Source of the DNA: Chiloscyllium plagiosum
Taxonomy: Eukaryota
NCBI RefSeq assembly: GCF_004010195.1
Contig: NC_057720.1
Coordinates: 15,723,886-15,781,765, forward strand
DNA: 57,880 nucleotides
Reading direction: 5' to 3'
In this document: positions 1 to 12,982 of the stretch, piece after piece
How the letters are laid out: every line of letters starts with the position of its first letter
Numbering within the stretch: the first letter of the stretch is position 1
Translations under genes and position numbers: made by a program
The notes under the pieces: generated by a model
What the model saw: the letters and a program-made list of their open reading frames with translations, nothing else
Database searches by the model: none
Told to the model about the DNA's origin: nothing

Positions 1-80
1 GAGGGGCTGAATGGCCTATTTCTGACCCTACATCTTATGGTTTTATTAACCACTTCCCCAACTTTCCCTGCCACTTTCAG

Positions 81-258
81 GTTTCTCAGCATCTGTACCC
101 CCTTTAGAATTATGTCTTTTAGTTTACACTGCTTGATTCTCCTCATTCTTGTGAATAAAATTGGGTTCCATAAATGACCAGGTAGTAGAAAATGACCTTA
201 AACGTGGCTCTCAAGAACCAACAAAGGAATGGAAAAAGAAACATAGATCAAATGCAAG
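81..258 (+). other. Candidate exon of an unidentified host gene (signal-peptide-like start; continuing the frame needs a 1-nt frameshift)
   Basis: Pyrimidine-rich acceptor cactttccctgccactttcag|81 and strong donor AAG|GTATGT at 258/259. ATG at 112 gives MSFSLHCLILLILVNKIGFHK*. The adjacent frame from 155 reads IKLGSINDQVVENDLKRGSQEPTKEWKKKHRSNA up to the donor. Confidence 0.3.
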
Positions 259-749
259 GTATGTTGGAGTATTCTATATAATGATATCACAGTAGGCAGG
301 AATACATGGAGACAATATCTACCATATTACCATTCCCTTTTGTACAAGTGGTGAAAAATGTAATTTTCTGAGTACAACCTCAGCTTTATCTTTCTCCCAG
401 ATATTTGGATGTAGGAAAGGTAGAAATTAGGAACAAGATTTTGACATCTTCGAGGGTAATTTGGTCCAGACTTTAAAATCTTAAGCTAAACAAACTCCCT
501 AGAGATTTAAACTGAGATCAAGCAGGGAAACTATACCAGGCACACGCACAGGATAAATCCAATAAATGCTTCACGAGGTCATATTTTTGCCACTAGTTTC
601 AATGCAGCAAGTGGGTGTCGGTTTAAATCAACATGTTTATTTATTTGGAAGTTGTTTGAAAGCTTATAAATAAGCAGCCAAATATAGTTCCTTCAGTTCA
701 TTAAATCCAATGTTTACTTCTCGAATGACAAATTCCTAAAATTAAAGGG

Positions 750-1045
750 GAACATTTGCATTTGTATAGCACCTTTCATAGTCTTGGAACAAAACATTTC
801 ACAACCAATGAAGTTTATCAGAAGTACAATCACTGCTGCCAGGTACGAAAATGCAGAAGCCAACTTGTGCGCAGGAAGCTCCCACAAACAGAAGTGTGTG
901 ACGACAAGTGGGTAATCCGCTTTTGGGGTGTTTCAGTTAGGGAGAAGCATTAAGCAGAATATTGGGAAAAGCTCCCATACCGTTCCTTGAATACTGCTGT
1001 GGGATCTGAGAAGGCACAGCTCTCTGCGGTTTCAAGTCTCGTCTG
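750..1045 (-). mobile_element. Ancient Deu-domain SINE (SacSINE1/AmnSINE-like), degenerate
   Basis: The reverse strand resembles the Deu core and 3' tail (tgtttgtgggagcttcctgcgcacaagttggct...gaaaggtgctatacaaatgcaa). Confidence 0.6.
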
Positions 1046-2335
1046 GCATTGGGAGGAAAATAAAAAAAAAATGTGTACATTAAAAAGCAGAAGGACTATG
1101 TGTATAGAAAAGTGCATTTAGATATCTATACTTAGCTTTCCTTCAATTGCATTTTTAAAATCACAGATTTTGTTGCTTTGTGCTTTTAGTTGCACGCTGG
1201 AGACAGATAATTAACTGGGAAGTGACAAACTATTCTGACACAAGTTGCCCATCGCCTGCCTATTACTTAACATTCCTTTTCTTATAAAATTACAGCTGGC
1301 TTGAAATAACTATGTCATAGGTCTGGACATTTCCCAATCCCTTCTTCATCCACTTACAAAAATGGCATATAATAGCAGATGGACGTAGGTTTTATCAATG
1401 TGGCCTTTACCTGTATTGTGAGTTGATGGATAGTAAATTGCCTCTTACAATTGCTGATGTCCTTGAAGAAACATTTTCGAATGGCACTATTATATGAGAC
1501 CAATGTAGCCTCATGTTAAATTAGACTCCATCAGAGAGTGAGTGTTAGGTTCCATAAAATCATGAGTCCGTATTCAGGACCATTGTTCTAGAGGAATAAA
1601 TCGACAGAAATTAGATAGAAGTTCCAAGTCAAATTGCATTCTTTGGTCTAGTCTGTGTAGCAATCACATCGCCCACAGCCATGCTTTCTGTAAACTCACT
1701 TTGCACAAATGACTTAGCCGCCACTGATGTATTGACACAGTGTGTCCATGAATGACATTAGGGCTGCTTAGAAAAAGGAAGAAAACAATGAAAACGGAAT
1801 CGAGTAACTACTTCTGAAAATTACCTTTCCCTGTGAAACTCCCTCAAAGTGCTTTGATGTGGCTGAAGGTGGTTTTAAGTGAAAAATGTCAAAGCAGCAC
1901 AGAAAGAAATTGATGGAAAATGGAAGGGCACGGTTTGGTTATTTGATGCAGTCAGTGGATTAGGACTCTCAAACCAGTTACAAGCTCTGCTTTTGCAACA
2001 CGAGAAAAATGGCTGAGACCATTACATGGAATAATTGCTTTCGTTCCAGTTTTCTTATGGAAGCAGATTCCCTCAGAGGTACCTTGAGTACTGAGTTGAA
2101 GGGGATTATAAAGGTGATTACTTTACTGCCTTCATTTGGACTTGCAAATAGCACAATTGCTAATGGTTATATTTTCCACCAACATGAATGAATTAGAGTG
2201 CTGGTCTTTTATAGGTCTGGGGAACTGATTGTCTAAAAATGTTGTTTACTTGTTCAGAGGATGTGAGAATTGCTGGTTTGTTCAACTATCCTTCATGCTA
2301 GTGGTGGTAACAGTGCTTCTGATGTCACATATAGA

Positions 2336-2549
2336 CAGTTAAAAATCACACAACACCAGGTTATAGTCCAACAGGTTTATTTGGAAGCACACTAGCTTTC
2401 AGAGCGCTTCTCCTTCATCAGGTGGTTGATGAAGGGGCAGTGTTCCAAAAGCTAGTGCTTCCAAATAAACCTGTTGGACTATAACCTGGTGTTGTGTGAT
2501 TTTTTTAACTTTGTACACCCCAGTCCAACACCGGCATCTCCAAATCATG
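2336..2549. mobile_element. Penelope-like pLTR (family B) fold-back insertion
   Basis: Inverted arms at ~2337-2420 and ~2427-2510. 9-bp TSD acatataga at 2327-2335 and 2550-2558. Same sequence as the terminus of the GIY-YIG element at 15096-16314. Confidence 0.8.
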
Positions 2550-2687
2550 ACATATAGATAGGGTGGTTAAAAAGGCATTTGGCACACTTACCTTCATTGC
2601 TCAGTCCTTTGAGTACAGGAGTTGGGAAGTCATGTTGAGATTATACAGGACATTGGTGAGGCCTCTTTTGGAATACTGTGTTCAATT

Positions 2688-3416
2688 TTCCATATCCGCC
2701 ACAGATTAAAGGAAACTTCCATATCCGCCACAGATTAAAGGAAACTTCCATATCCGCCACAGATTCACCTGCACCTCCACCCACATCATCTACTGCATCC
2801 GCTGCAGCCGGTGTGGCCTCCTCTATATTGGGGAGACAGGCCGCCTACTTGCGGAGCGATTCAGAGAGCACCTCTGGGCCACCCGGACGAACCAACCCAA
2901 CCACCCTGTAGCACAGCATTTCAACTCCCCCTCCCACTCCACCGAGGATATGCAGGTCATTGGACTCATCCACCGCCAAACCACAACAACGCGATGGTCG
3001 GAGGAGGAGCGTCTTATCTTCCGACTGGGAACCCTCCAACCACAGGGGATGAACTTGGACTTCACCAGTTTCTTCATCCCCCCTCCCCCCACCTTGTCTC
3101 AGCCGAATCCCTCCAGCCCGGCACCGCCTTCCTGACCTGCAGTCTTCTTCTTGACCTCTCCGCCTCCATCCTACTCCGACCTATCACCCTCACCTTGACC
3201 TCTTTCCACCTATCACATTTCCAACGCCCCTCCTCCAAGTCCCTCCTCCCTACCTTTTATCTTCTCCTGCTGAACACTCTCTGCTCGTTCCTGAAGAAGG
3301 GCCTGTGCCCGAAACGTCGAATCTCCTGTTCCCTGGATGCTGCCTGACCTGCTGTGCTGTTCCAGCAATAAAGTTTCAACTTTGATCTCCAGCATCTGCA
3401 GACCTCACTTTCTCCT
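2688..3416 (+). mobile_element. 5'-truncated Penelope-like element (family A): GIY-YIG endonuclease C-terminus plus pLTR
   Basis: Reads FTCTSTHIIYCIRCSRCGLLYIGETGRLLAERFREHL...PVAQHFN...LIFRLGTLQPQGMN, a GIY-YIG domain with CxxC. 12-bp TSD ctgtgttcaatt at 2676-2687 and 3417-3428. Confidence 0.9.
3287..3322 (+). ncRNA. Minimal hammerhead ribozyme motif (family A)
   Basis: GUUC-CUGAAGA-A-GGGC(CUGU)GCCC-GAAAC-GUC-GAAU. Intact core, helix II and helix I (GUUC/GAAU), with an ACGU palindrome replacing helix III. Confidence 0.75.
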
Positions 3417-3989
3417 CTGTGTTCAATTCTGGTTGCACAGTTATAGGAAAGCTGGAGAGAGTTCAAAAGAGATTTACCAGCATGCTGCTGAGTATGGAAG
3501 GTTTGAATTATAAAGAAAGACTGGATAGGCTGGAACATTTTTCACTGGAGCGTAGGAGACTGAAAGGTGACCTGATAGAAGCTTATAAAATAAAGAGGGG
3601 TTTAGATAGAGTTAATGGTAGTTGTCCTTTCCCTGGGATGGGAGATATCAAGACCAGGGGGCACATTTTTAAGGTGAGAGGAGAAAGACATGGGGGCATT
3701 TTTTTTACATAGAGGGTGGTTTGTGTGTGGAATAAACCTCCTGAGTAAATGATGGATGTGGGTACATTTGGATGGATACATGAACAGAAAAAGTTTGGAG
3801 GGATGTGGGCCAGGAGCAGGCAGGTGGGACTAGTGTAGTTTGGGATTATGTTCAGCATGGACTGGTTGGGCTGAAAGGTCTATTTCCGTGCTGTATGACT
3901 CTGTAACGTGGTTGTAGCCAAAATGCTATGATACAGGATATATTTTCAAGTCAGGATGGTGTAAGCCTTGGAGGAGAACCTGGAGATGG

Positions 3990-4650
3990 CAATGCATTTC
4001 AATGCTCTTGTCCTTCCCATTGGTATAAGTGCCATCAAGGAAGAGTCCAACAAGAGGGAAAGACTGAGGAACCAGAGTTGAGAGCCCTTGGATGTGAAGA
4101 GAGACAGAGAATATGATAAACTAGAAAAAAAAGGAGTATTCTTCAAGTGAGAATCAGGACATACAAGAAGTTGAGAAGCGAAGTGAAGAGGATTATAAGA
4201 CTGGCAAAGAGAGAATATGAGGCTAGAATGGCACAAGTTAACACACAAAAAAAAACAAACAGAAATACATTCCACTGGCGGTGGGCAAGCTTTTCAAAAC
4301 AATAGCCCCAGGTTATTAACGTGCATTTGGAAAGGTGGAATTTGGTTAAGTGAGGAGAGCCAGCACGGCATTTGTAAAAGGCAGATTGTGTTTTACTTAT
4401 CAAATCAAACCTGTGATGAAGTTGGTAAAGAGAATACGATGTATGTTATAGGTTTTAAGAAAGTTTTTGACAAAGTAACACACAAAAGGCAGGTTAATGG
4501 AAAAACTGAGGGATAGTAAATGCTGTTTCTCAGATTGGAGGATGTTCCTCAAGGGTCAGAGTTCGGATCACGTTTTTAAAAAATATATATTCTGTACACA
4601 AATGACTTGGATTTTGGATTACAGAGATAAAAATATAAAATCATGATTAA
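3990..4650 (+). mobile_element. Old degenerate CR1 LINE fragment
   Basis: Remnant motifs ESQHG(F) and FKKVFDKVTHKR with frameshifts. Confidence 0.6.
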
Positions 4651-4974
4651 GATGGAGGTGTGATAAACAGTGGGGGGGTGGGGTGGGGGGCAGTGTTTGA
4701 TCGAGACGAGAGCTAGAGAGCCAGCCAGAACCCCAAGCTGTCTCCGTTGGGGAAGGGCTGCTGTGTTAAATACCACTCTGGCACTTCTCTGGGCAGGAGC
4801 TGCTGACGACCTTTTCAAGGACCCCAGCCTCCTGCCAAGAACTGCTAGCCAATCAGAAGGCAGCAACATTTCTCTGAAGACCCACTGCGCAGGTGGTAGA
4901 TGTTGCTGCTATGATCTGATGATTAGCTTGACCCATTAGCAGATCCGTCGATTAGACTCTGAGTACAACTGAAG

Positions 4975-5190
4975 GGACTGCCTGGATGGCTGGCTTGCAT
5001 TGCAGAGTAACACCAACGGGTATGGCTTCAATTCCCACACCAGTGGAGGTTACCATGAAGGACTCTCCTTCTCAACCTCGCCTCTCGCCTGAGAGGTTGT
5101 AACTCTCAGGTTAAAACACCACCAGTCGTCTCTCTCTCTCTACTGAGAGAGTAGTCCTATGGCCTTAGGAACTATAGTGACTTTACCTTT
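4975..5190 (+). mobile_element. tRNA-derived SINE of a second family
   Basis: B-box-like ggcttcaattccc near the 5' end, a (ct)n stretch and a gactttaccttt tail. Confidence 0.45.
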
Positions 5191-6671
5191 TAGTCAAATC
5201 CACTCACCATAAAGCCAATGTACCTTCTTCACTGCCTGCTATACCTTCACCCTTACTTTCAGCAAGTGGTATGCAAGGACACATGGGTCTCCTGGTTGGT
5301 TGCATCTCCCTCTTTTCTAATCTATCGCCATTCAGATAATAAGCTGCCTGCTTTTTTTTTTACCAGAAAGGATGACATCTCATTTATCCACATTATACTT
5401 CACCTTTCATGCATTTTCCCACTGCTTTATCCTGCTTAAATCATTAAGCATTTATGATCCCCACTGTTCACCCTCTTACCCAGCATTGCAAACCTAAAGA
5501 TATTACATTCAGTTCCCACTCTAAAGTGAATCATTTACTTCAGATTTACACTTGTAAGGTGGTGTTCAGTTAAGGATTCTGAAAATATTCAGAAGCTGGG
5601 AATAGAAATATCTAAAAGGAAAGAATAGAAACAGACTCAACAGAATGGCTAGTTCCCCAGCTCCCACAGCCTTTGTGCATTTTAGAGGCTGCAAATTTAC
5701 TTGGACAGCAGCTGAACCTCAAAGTCTCTTGCAGCTGGAGTAATACTCCCAGCATTGTCAGGGTGTACCTGTGCACTACAATGGCAGCTCCCAAGGGTGT
5801 AAGAGGTTGTGTGAAAAATCACCACAGGCCCACTCAGGTTTACAGCAGACTTTAGATCAATTTTAGGTCACGGTTCAAGGTTTGATAAAAGTTTAATTAC
5901 CGTACGTTATTCTGATGACTTTGAGCTCAACTTGTAGAGGGATGCAGCCGCTGCTGAAATTTGGATTGTGCATCAATGTTTTATTGCCTAATGCAACTCA
6001 TTAGATATTTAATGGAGAAATGCCTACTCAGGGTTTAATGTGGAAGGATGTGAAGTGCTGATGTTTGAGAGGAATGCTGAATAAATAGGAACCTGAGAAT
6101 TGCCATTTCTCCCAAGACCAGCCCCTCCCCACATTAGTATAATGCAGATATTTTATAGACAATAAAATTAAATAACAATATTTTCATTTTACGATGTACT
6201 AACTGATCTCCTGTTTAATTATTTTGTTCAATCTTGGGTGATAATGACTGAAAGATTATTCTAAGCTTCACACAATGTATAAGAGATTAGTGTAACCCCA
6301 ATTGTTTCCTCAAGATCTATTTAACGTGCTGTACTGTGGTCAATGAAGGGTGTATCCAGATGGGAATTGGAGACCAGCAATAGAAAAGGTATAATACAAA
6401 GCAAGTCAAGATTTTCCTTGGAGTTTAATGCTTAAACATGAAATGGATGCTAGCATGAATGGTAGGAAATTAAAGTGTAACAGATGGACCTCAGAACTTA
6501 ATAAGACTCTGGGGAACCTCCTTGTTTAGAGCGAGTCAGTAGATGTGCAACTATTTAGTGGGAGATGAGGCAGTGGTGTTAAAGTCACTGGATCAGTAAA
6601 ACTGAAGCCCAGCTAATTGGAATATAGGAGTAGGAGTAGGCCATTCAACTTATTGAGGCTGCTGTACCCAT

Positions 6672-8078
6672 ACCTCTTTGCTAGATACGTGGAACAGTCC
6701 ATCTTCCACAGCGACACCGGCAGCATTCCCCACCTTTTCCTCCTCTACATTGATGATTGTATCGACGCCACCTTGTGCTCCCACGGGGAGGTTGAGCAGT
6801 TCATTAACTTTACAAACTCCTTCCAAGCCAACCTCAAATTCACCTGGACCATCTGGGACACCTCCCTCCTCTTCCTGGATCTCTCCATCTCTATTTCTGG
6901 TGACTAACTGGACACAGACATTTACTACAAACCCACCGACTCCCACAGCTACGTCGATTACACCTCCTCCTACCCTACCTCCTGTAAAAATGCCATCCCT
7001 TATTATCTATTCATCCGCCTTCGCCGCATCTGCTCCCAGGAGGACCAATTCCACCATAGAACATCCCATGTGGCCTCCTTCTTTAAAGACCGCAATTTCC
7101 CCTCCCATGTCATCGACAATGCCCTCCAGCGCAGCTCCTCCACTTCCTGCACCTCCGCCCTTGAATCCCACCCCACCCAATGCAACAAGGACAGAACCCT
7201 CCTGGTCCTCACCTTCCACCCCATCAACCTCCATATACATTACATCATCATCCGCCACCTACAAACGGACCCCACCACCACAGATATATTTCCCTCCCCA
7301 CCCCTAACAGCGTTCCGAGGAGAACATTCCGTCTGACGAGGGAGATCCACACCCCCTCAACCCCACCAGCCACCGCAGGAAGTGTAAAACTTGCGCCCAC
7401 ACCTCCACCCAAGGCCCCAAAGGATCTTTCCACATCCAACAGAAATTTGCCTGTACATCCACACACATTATCTACTGTATCCATTGCACAAGCTGTGATC
7501 TCCTCTTCGTCAGGGAGACAAGACGCCAACTTGTGGATCGTTTCAGAGAACATATCTGGGACACCCGCACTGACCAACCCCACCGCCCTGTGGCTGAATA
7601 TTTTAACTCCCCCTTCTACTCCACCAAGGACATGCAGGTCATGGGTCTCCTCCATAGCCAAACCCTTACCACCTGACACCTGGAGGAAGTAAGCCTCATC
7701 TCCGCCTCGGGACCGTGCAACTACACAGGATCAATGTAGACTTCACCAGTTTTCTCATTTCCCCTGCTCCCATCTTATTCCACTCCCAAACCTCCAACTC
7801 GGCACTGCCTCCCTGACGGGTCCTACCTGTCCATCTTCCTTCCTTCCCACCCATCTGCTCCACCCTCCCCTCCGACCTATCACTTCCACCTGCTCCTTTA
7901 TCTACCTATCACATTCCCAGTGACCTTTCCCCCAGCCTCACCCCCTTCCCATTTATCTCTCAGCCCCCTTGCTCACAAGCCTCATTCTTGATGAAAGGCT
8001 TTTGCCCAAAACGTTGATTCTCCTGCTCCTCAGATGCTGCCCGACCTGCTGTGCTTTTTCAACCCCACACTCTCGACT
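6672..8078 (+). mobile_element. Penelope-like element (family A): RT C-terminus and thumb, GIY-YIG and pLTR; disrupted
   Basis: LYIDDCI...LKFTWTI...LLFLDLSISI (RT), YYKPTD, HIIYCIHC..C (GIY-YIG). Degenerate hammerhead at ~7985-8020. TSD ctgtacccat at 6662-6671 and 8079-8088, inside a minus-strand CR1 tail. Confidence 0.9.
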
Positions 8079-8267
8079 CTGTACCCATTCATTGTCATCA
8101 TGGCTGATCACCCACTTCAATGCATTTTTCCCACACAGTTCACACATTGCCATTTAGACATCTGTTGATCTTTCTTTTAAACATATTCAGTGACTCAGCT
8201 TCCACTGGTATCGGAGGTTAAGAATCTCACATGTTACCTCCACAAGAGACCCCTAGTCTGCACATCC

Positions 8268-8612
8268 AGATATTCTGTAACCAACTCGTTCAGAGATATT
8301 ATTGCATACCTCTGGGGCAGGTGGGGCACTGTGCCATAAGAACCCCAAAACAGAATAAAGACCATTCTTTTCCTGTTTCTTTCAAAGATTTTCCTAATCA
8401 ATCTGCTCAGAAATGTCAGTACACACCTGAGCAGATGGGATTCGAATCTAGGCCTCTGGGTCCAGAGGGACCACATTGCTTCCCTATTGCCTCGACGTCT
8501 CAATATTTTAATCAAACTGTTCAAGGATCTTACAAGACACCTCTGGAGCAGATGGGACTTGAACCCAAGCCTTCTGGTCCAGAGGTAGGGGCACTGCCAC
8601 TGTACCTCAAGC
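8268..8612 (-). repeat. Head-to-tail array of three short tRNA-derived mini-SINE units (up to ~110 bp; one internally deleted)
   Basis: The reverse strand has B-box ggttcaagtcc and agattcgaatcc in two units. All three end in variants of cagaggtg...tgaacag.ttgatta...aatat. Confidence 0.55.
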
Positions 8613-8933
8613 ACCCTATTCTCCCCACAGCTTAACTATTGATATAAATTGAAACCATCTGGGGTCCATGCACTGATCCTTGCAGTACGTCACTGTCAAT
8701 TCCCACTCTGTTTTGTTACTGTTAACCAACTCTGTATCCATGTCAGTGCATTCCCTCCTATCCCATGTACTTTAATTTTGCTAGCCAACCTCATATGGGA
8801 ATTTGTCAAAAGCCTTCTGAAAATTCAAGCATATTATGTTCAATGATTCCCTTTATCAACAGGTTCGTCAAACACGATTTCCCATTTACAAATGCATGCT
8901 GGCTGAATAGAATTAGATTACTCCTATCTAACT

Positions 8934-9147
8934 TTTTATGGAATGGTGGTGCTGGAAGAGCACAGCAGTTCAGGCAGCATCTGAAGATCAGCAAATATGA
9001 CGTTTCGGGCAAAAGCCCTTCATCATGAAGAGCTTTTGCCCAAAACATCAATTTTGCTGCTCCTCGGATGCTGCCTAAACTGCTGTGCTCTTCCAGCACC
9101 ACTAATCCAAAATCTGGTTTCCAGCATCTGCAGTCATTGTTTTTACC
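8934..9147. mobile_element. Penelope-like pLTR (family A variant) fold-back insertion
   Basis: Inverted arms centred at ~9025. 15-bp TSD tactcctatctaact at 8919-8933 and 9148-9162. Confidence 0.85.
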
Positions 9148-9242
9148 TACTCCTATCTAACTGACTATCACAGCATGAATATCTATCTTATAATCTAGCA
9201 TTTTTCTCACTACTGATGGAAGGCTAACACGTCGGTCGGTTT

Positions 9243-9345
9243 GAAATGAAGACAGAAATCGCTGGCGAAACTCAGCAGGTCAGGCAACATCTGTGGGGAG
9301 AAAGCAGAGTTAACGCTTTGAGTCCAGTGACTCTTCATTAGAAAA
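9243..9345 (-). mobile_element. Penelope-like pLTR fragment (family C) with a decayed hammerhead
   Basis: The reverse strand reads ctaatgaagagtcactggactcaaagcgttaac, homologous to 20035-20070. Confidence 0.6.
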
Positions 9346-11630
9346 GTTTCATTAGAGGTCTGTAGGTTCCCTTAATTCTCCCTCCATCCCTTCATAAATA
9401 ACAAGGTGATTTTTTTTTTAAACTTCCATACTACAAGAATCATACCAGAATCTATAGAATTTAGAAGATGATCATCAAAGCATCCATTATGTGCAGAGCT
9501 ACTTTTTTCCACATTTCCAGTTGCAGAATATTAGATCCAGGGACGTTTGAATCCTCAGTAGCATTGATTTCTCCAATACAATCTTCTTACTAATATTAAT
9601 TTCCTTCAGTTCCTCATTCTCCCTAAGTCCTTGAATCTATTTCTGCGAGATTTCTGGTATCTGTCTCAGTGAGGACAGACACAGTGAGCAGAATCTCATC
9701 TGGGTCTTAACACCATGGGGAAACGATGGGATTTGTAGCAGAATCAGATGAGAAGTTGAATGAGACTGATCTTGATGTCAACATTATCTCACTCCATCAT
9801 TTATGCTGATGACAAGTGGAGAGGAGTAGCGAGATTCTCTCTGGGCAGAGGTGAGTTGTTAATTAAGGGGGATTATTTTTGTTGTAACCAGCCCAACTTG
9901 CCTCATTAACATTCCCTTTCTGATCTTACCAAATGCACTGAGCAAGACCTCCACGTTGCTTACAACCAAACTACATCTCACCGCCCAATCCAGGGGAACC
10001 AGCTGCATGCACCCCTCATCCATGAACATTGGCACCTGACATTTGCCAACCCCTCATGATCTTCATGGCACTGCTCCACTACACTTGCAGAAAACAGACT
10101 CACATTACAGGATCATGTTGAAAGGCTGCTGCAGAGGTGCCTTGTGCGGATGGACAGGCACTAAGCTCACAGAGTAGACCAGACTGCATCTCAGGGCTGC
10201 TGACCCGCTTAGCATTTGCTCACTTGGTGCCCATCTGCACGCACACACCATCCAGACCTTCTCGTTCTCCTTAAACCATCCCATGTCTAGGTGACTTTCT
10301 TTGCTGCTCAGTGGTCCTCAATCCAAGAGGCACAAATCATGCTCTTCAGCAGTGTGCCCTGTCAATCTCACACCTGCTCAGTGCGCCAGCAGTTTACATG
10401 GCTAGCACAGTGCACCACGTGAAAACCAGGGGCTATTGATGCCTGTTTGAGTCCCCGCAGGTGTTTGTGTCTGGATGGCCCAGACATGAGAACAAAGAGA
10501 ACAAAGAAAATTTACAGCCCAGGAACAGGCCCTCTAAGCCTGAGCCGATCCAAATATACTGTCTAAACCTGTCGATCAATTCCTAAGCATCTGTATCCCT
10601 CTGTTCCCCACCTACTCCTGTATCTGTCCAGACGCATCTTAAATGAATCTACCGTGCCTGCCTCTACCACCTCTGCTGGCAACGCATTCCAAACGCCCAC
10701 CACCCTCTGTGTGAAGTACTTGCCGCATGTATCCCCCTTAAACTTTCCACCTCTCACCTTGAAAGTGTGACCTCTGGTTATTGAATCCTTCACCCTGGGA
10801 AAAAGCTTGTCTCTACCAACCTTGCCAATACCCTTCAAGATTTTGTAAACCTCAATCAGGTCCCCCCTCAACCTCCTTTTTTCTAATGAAAATTAACTTA
10901 ACCTATTCAACCTCTCTTCATAGCTAGTGCCTTCCATACCAGGCAACATCCTCGTAAACCTTCTCTGCACCCTCTCCAAAGCGTCCACATCCTTTTGGTA
11001 ATGTGGCACCCAGAACTGTACACAGTATTCTAAATGTGGTCGAACTAATGTCTTGTACAATTTTAACATGACTTGCCAGCTCTTATACTCAATACCCCGG
11101 CCAATGAAGGCAAGCATACTACATGCCTTCTTGACCACTCTATCCACCTGTGCAGCAACCTTCAGTATACAATGGACCTGCACTTCCAGATCTCTCTGCC
11201 CATCAACTTTTCCCAAGGCGCTTCCATTCATTGTATAGTTCGCTCTAGAATTAGACTTGCCTAAATGTATCACCTCACATTTGTCTGGATTGAAAGCCAT
11301 CTACCACTTTTCCGCCCAACTCTCCAGTCTATCTATATCCTCCTGTATTCTCTGACAGTCCCTTATGCTTTCTGCTACTCCACCAATCTTTGTGTCATCT
11401 ACAAACTTGCTGACCATACCAACAGTGCCCCATCAACAGCCCTTCCTTTATCTAACAACTTGGTCACTTCCTTGAAGAACTCTATTAAGTTGGTAAGGCA
11501 CGATCTCCCCTGCACAAAACCATGTTGCCTATCATGATAAGCTCATTCTTTTCTAAATATAAATAGATCCTATCTTTCAGTACCCGCTCTAGCAACTACC
11601 CCACCACCAACGTCAGGCTCACTAGCCTGT

Positions 11631-11881
11631 AGATTAGATTACTTACAGTGTGGAAACAGGCCCTTCGGCCCAACAAGTCCACACTGACCCTCCAAAGAGC
11701 AACCCGCCCAGACCCATTCCCCTACATTTATCCCTTCACCTAACACTATGGGGCAATTTAGCATGGCCAATTCACCTAACCTGCACACTTTTGGACTGTG
11801 GGAGGAAACTGGAGCACCCGAAGGAAACCCATGCAGACATGGGGAGAACATGCAAACTCCACACAGACAGTTGCCTGAGGC
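11631..11881 (-). mobile_element. HE1-type tRNA SINE, 5'-truncated, inside CR1
   Basis: Matches the body and taatct tail of the copy at 47436-47742. Confidence 0.85.
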
Positions 11882-12918
11882 AGTTACCCGGAATATCCCT
11901 TCTTGTACAGAGGGACAACATGAGCAACCTTCCAGTCCTCCGGCACCTTACCTGTATTTAAGGATGCTACAAAGATATCTGTCAGGGCCCCACCTATTTC
12001 CTCTCTTGCCTCCCTCAGTAACCTGGGATAGATCCCATCTGGTCCTAGGGATTTGTCCACCTTAATAACCTCTAGCATACCCAACACATCTTCCCTACTT
12101 ATGCTAACATGATCCAGACTAATCAAACTTCTATCTCTAATCTCAAGATTCATCATGTTCCTCTCCTCAGTGAATACTGATGCAAAGTAATCATTCAGAA
12201 TCTCACCTATTCTCTCAGGTTAGACACACAACATTCCTTCATTATCTTTTAGTGGACCAATCCTTTCTCTAGTTACCCGCTTGCTTCTTATATAAGAATA
12301 AAATGCTTTGGGATTTTCCTTATTTCTGTTTGCTAAAGCTATTTCATTACCCCTTTTAGCCCGCTTGATTCCTTGTTTAAGACTTGTCCTACTCTTCCAA
12401 TATTCCTCCAGGGCCCGTTCTGTTCTTAGCTGCCTAGACCTTATGTACCCTTCCCTTTTCCTCTTGGCTAGTTGTACAATTTCTCCTGTCATCCACGGTT
12501 CATGAATCTTGCCTTTCCTATCCTTTGCCTTCAACAGGACATGCCTATCCTGCACTGCCAGTAACCTATCTGTGAAAGCCTCCCACTTCTCAAATTAACT
12601 TCCCTTCAAATAGCTGTGTCCAATCCACATTTCCCAGCTCCTGTCTAATTTTGATATAATTGGCTTTGGCCCAGTTTAGTACTCTTCTTTATCTACGAGT
12701 ATTCTAAAACTTACAGAATTGTGGTCACTATTCCCAAAGAAATCCCCCACCGCAACTTCTACCACTTGTCCTGGCTCATTCCCCAGTACCAGGTCCAATA
12801 TGGCCCTTCCCTCGTCAGACTATTGACATACTGCTCTAGAAAACTCTCCTGGGCGCTTCGTACAAATTCTATTCCATCCAGACCTCTGACGCTAAGTGTA
12901 TCCCAGTCAATGTTGGGA

Positions 12919-12982
12919 NNNNNNNNNNNNNNNNNNNNNNNNNNNNNNNNNNNNNNNNNNNNNNNNNNNNNNNNNNNNNNNN
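12919..12982. other. Assembly gap
   Basis: Run of N. Confidence 1.

Larger units (their letters stand above)
2550..3905 (+). mobile_element. CR1 LINE 3' fragment (ORF2 C-terminus and tail), interrupted by a Penelope insertion at 2688-3416
   Basis: Translates to KLERVQKRFTSMLL...RRLKGDLIEAYKI...TRGHIFKVRG and ends in a CR1 tail. Confidence 0.85.

Noticed and set aside
1411..1863. Minus-strand splice-like signals (exons ~1826-1863 and ~1411-1767)
   Set aside because: The implied intron is only ~60 nt and the larger segment has no sustained open frame; unsupported.
1892..1915. aagcagcacagaaag, similar to the miR-15/16/195 seed
   Set aside because: No complementary 3' arm to form a pre-miRNA hairpin.
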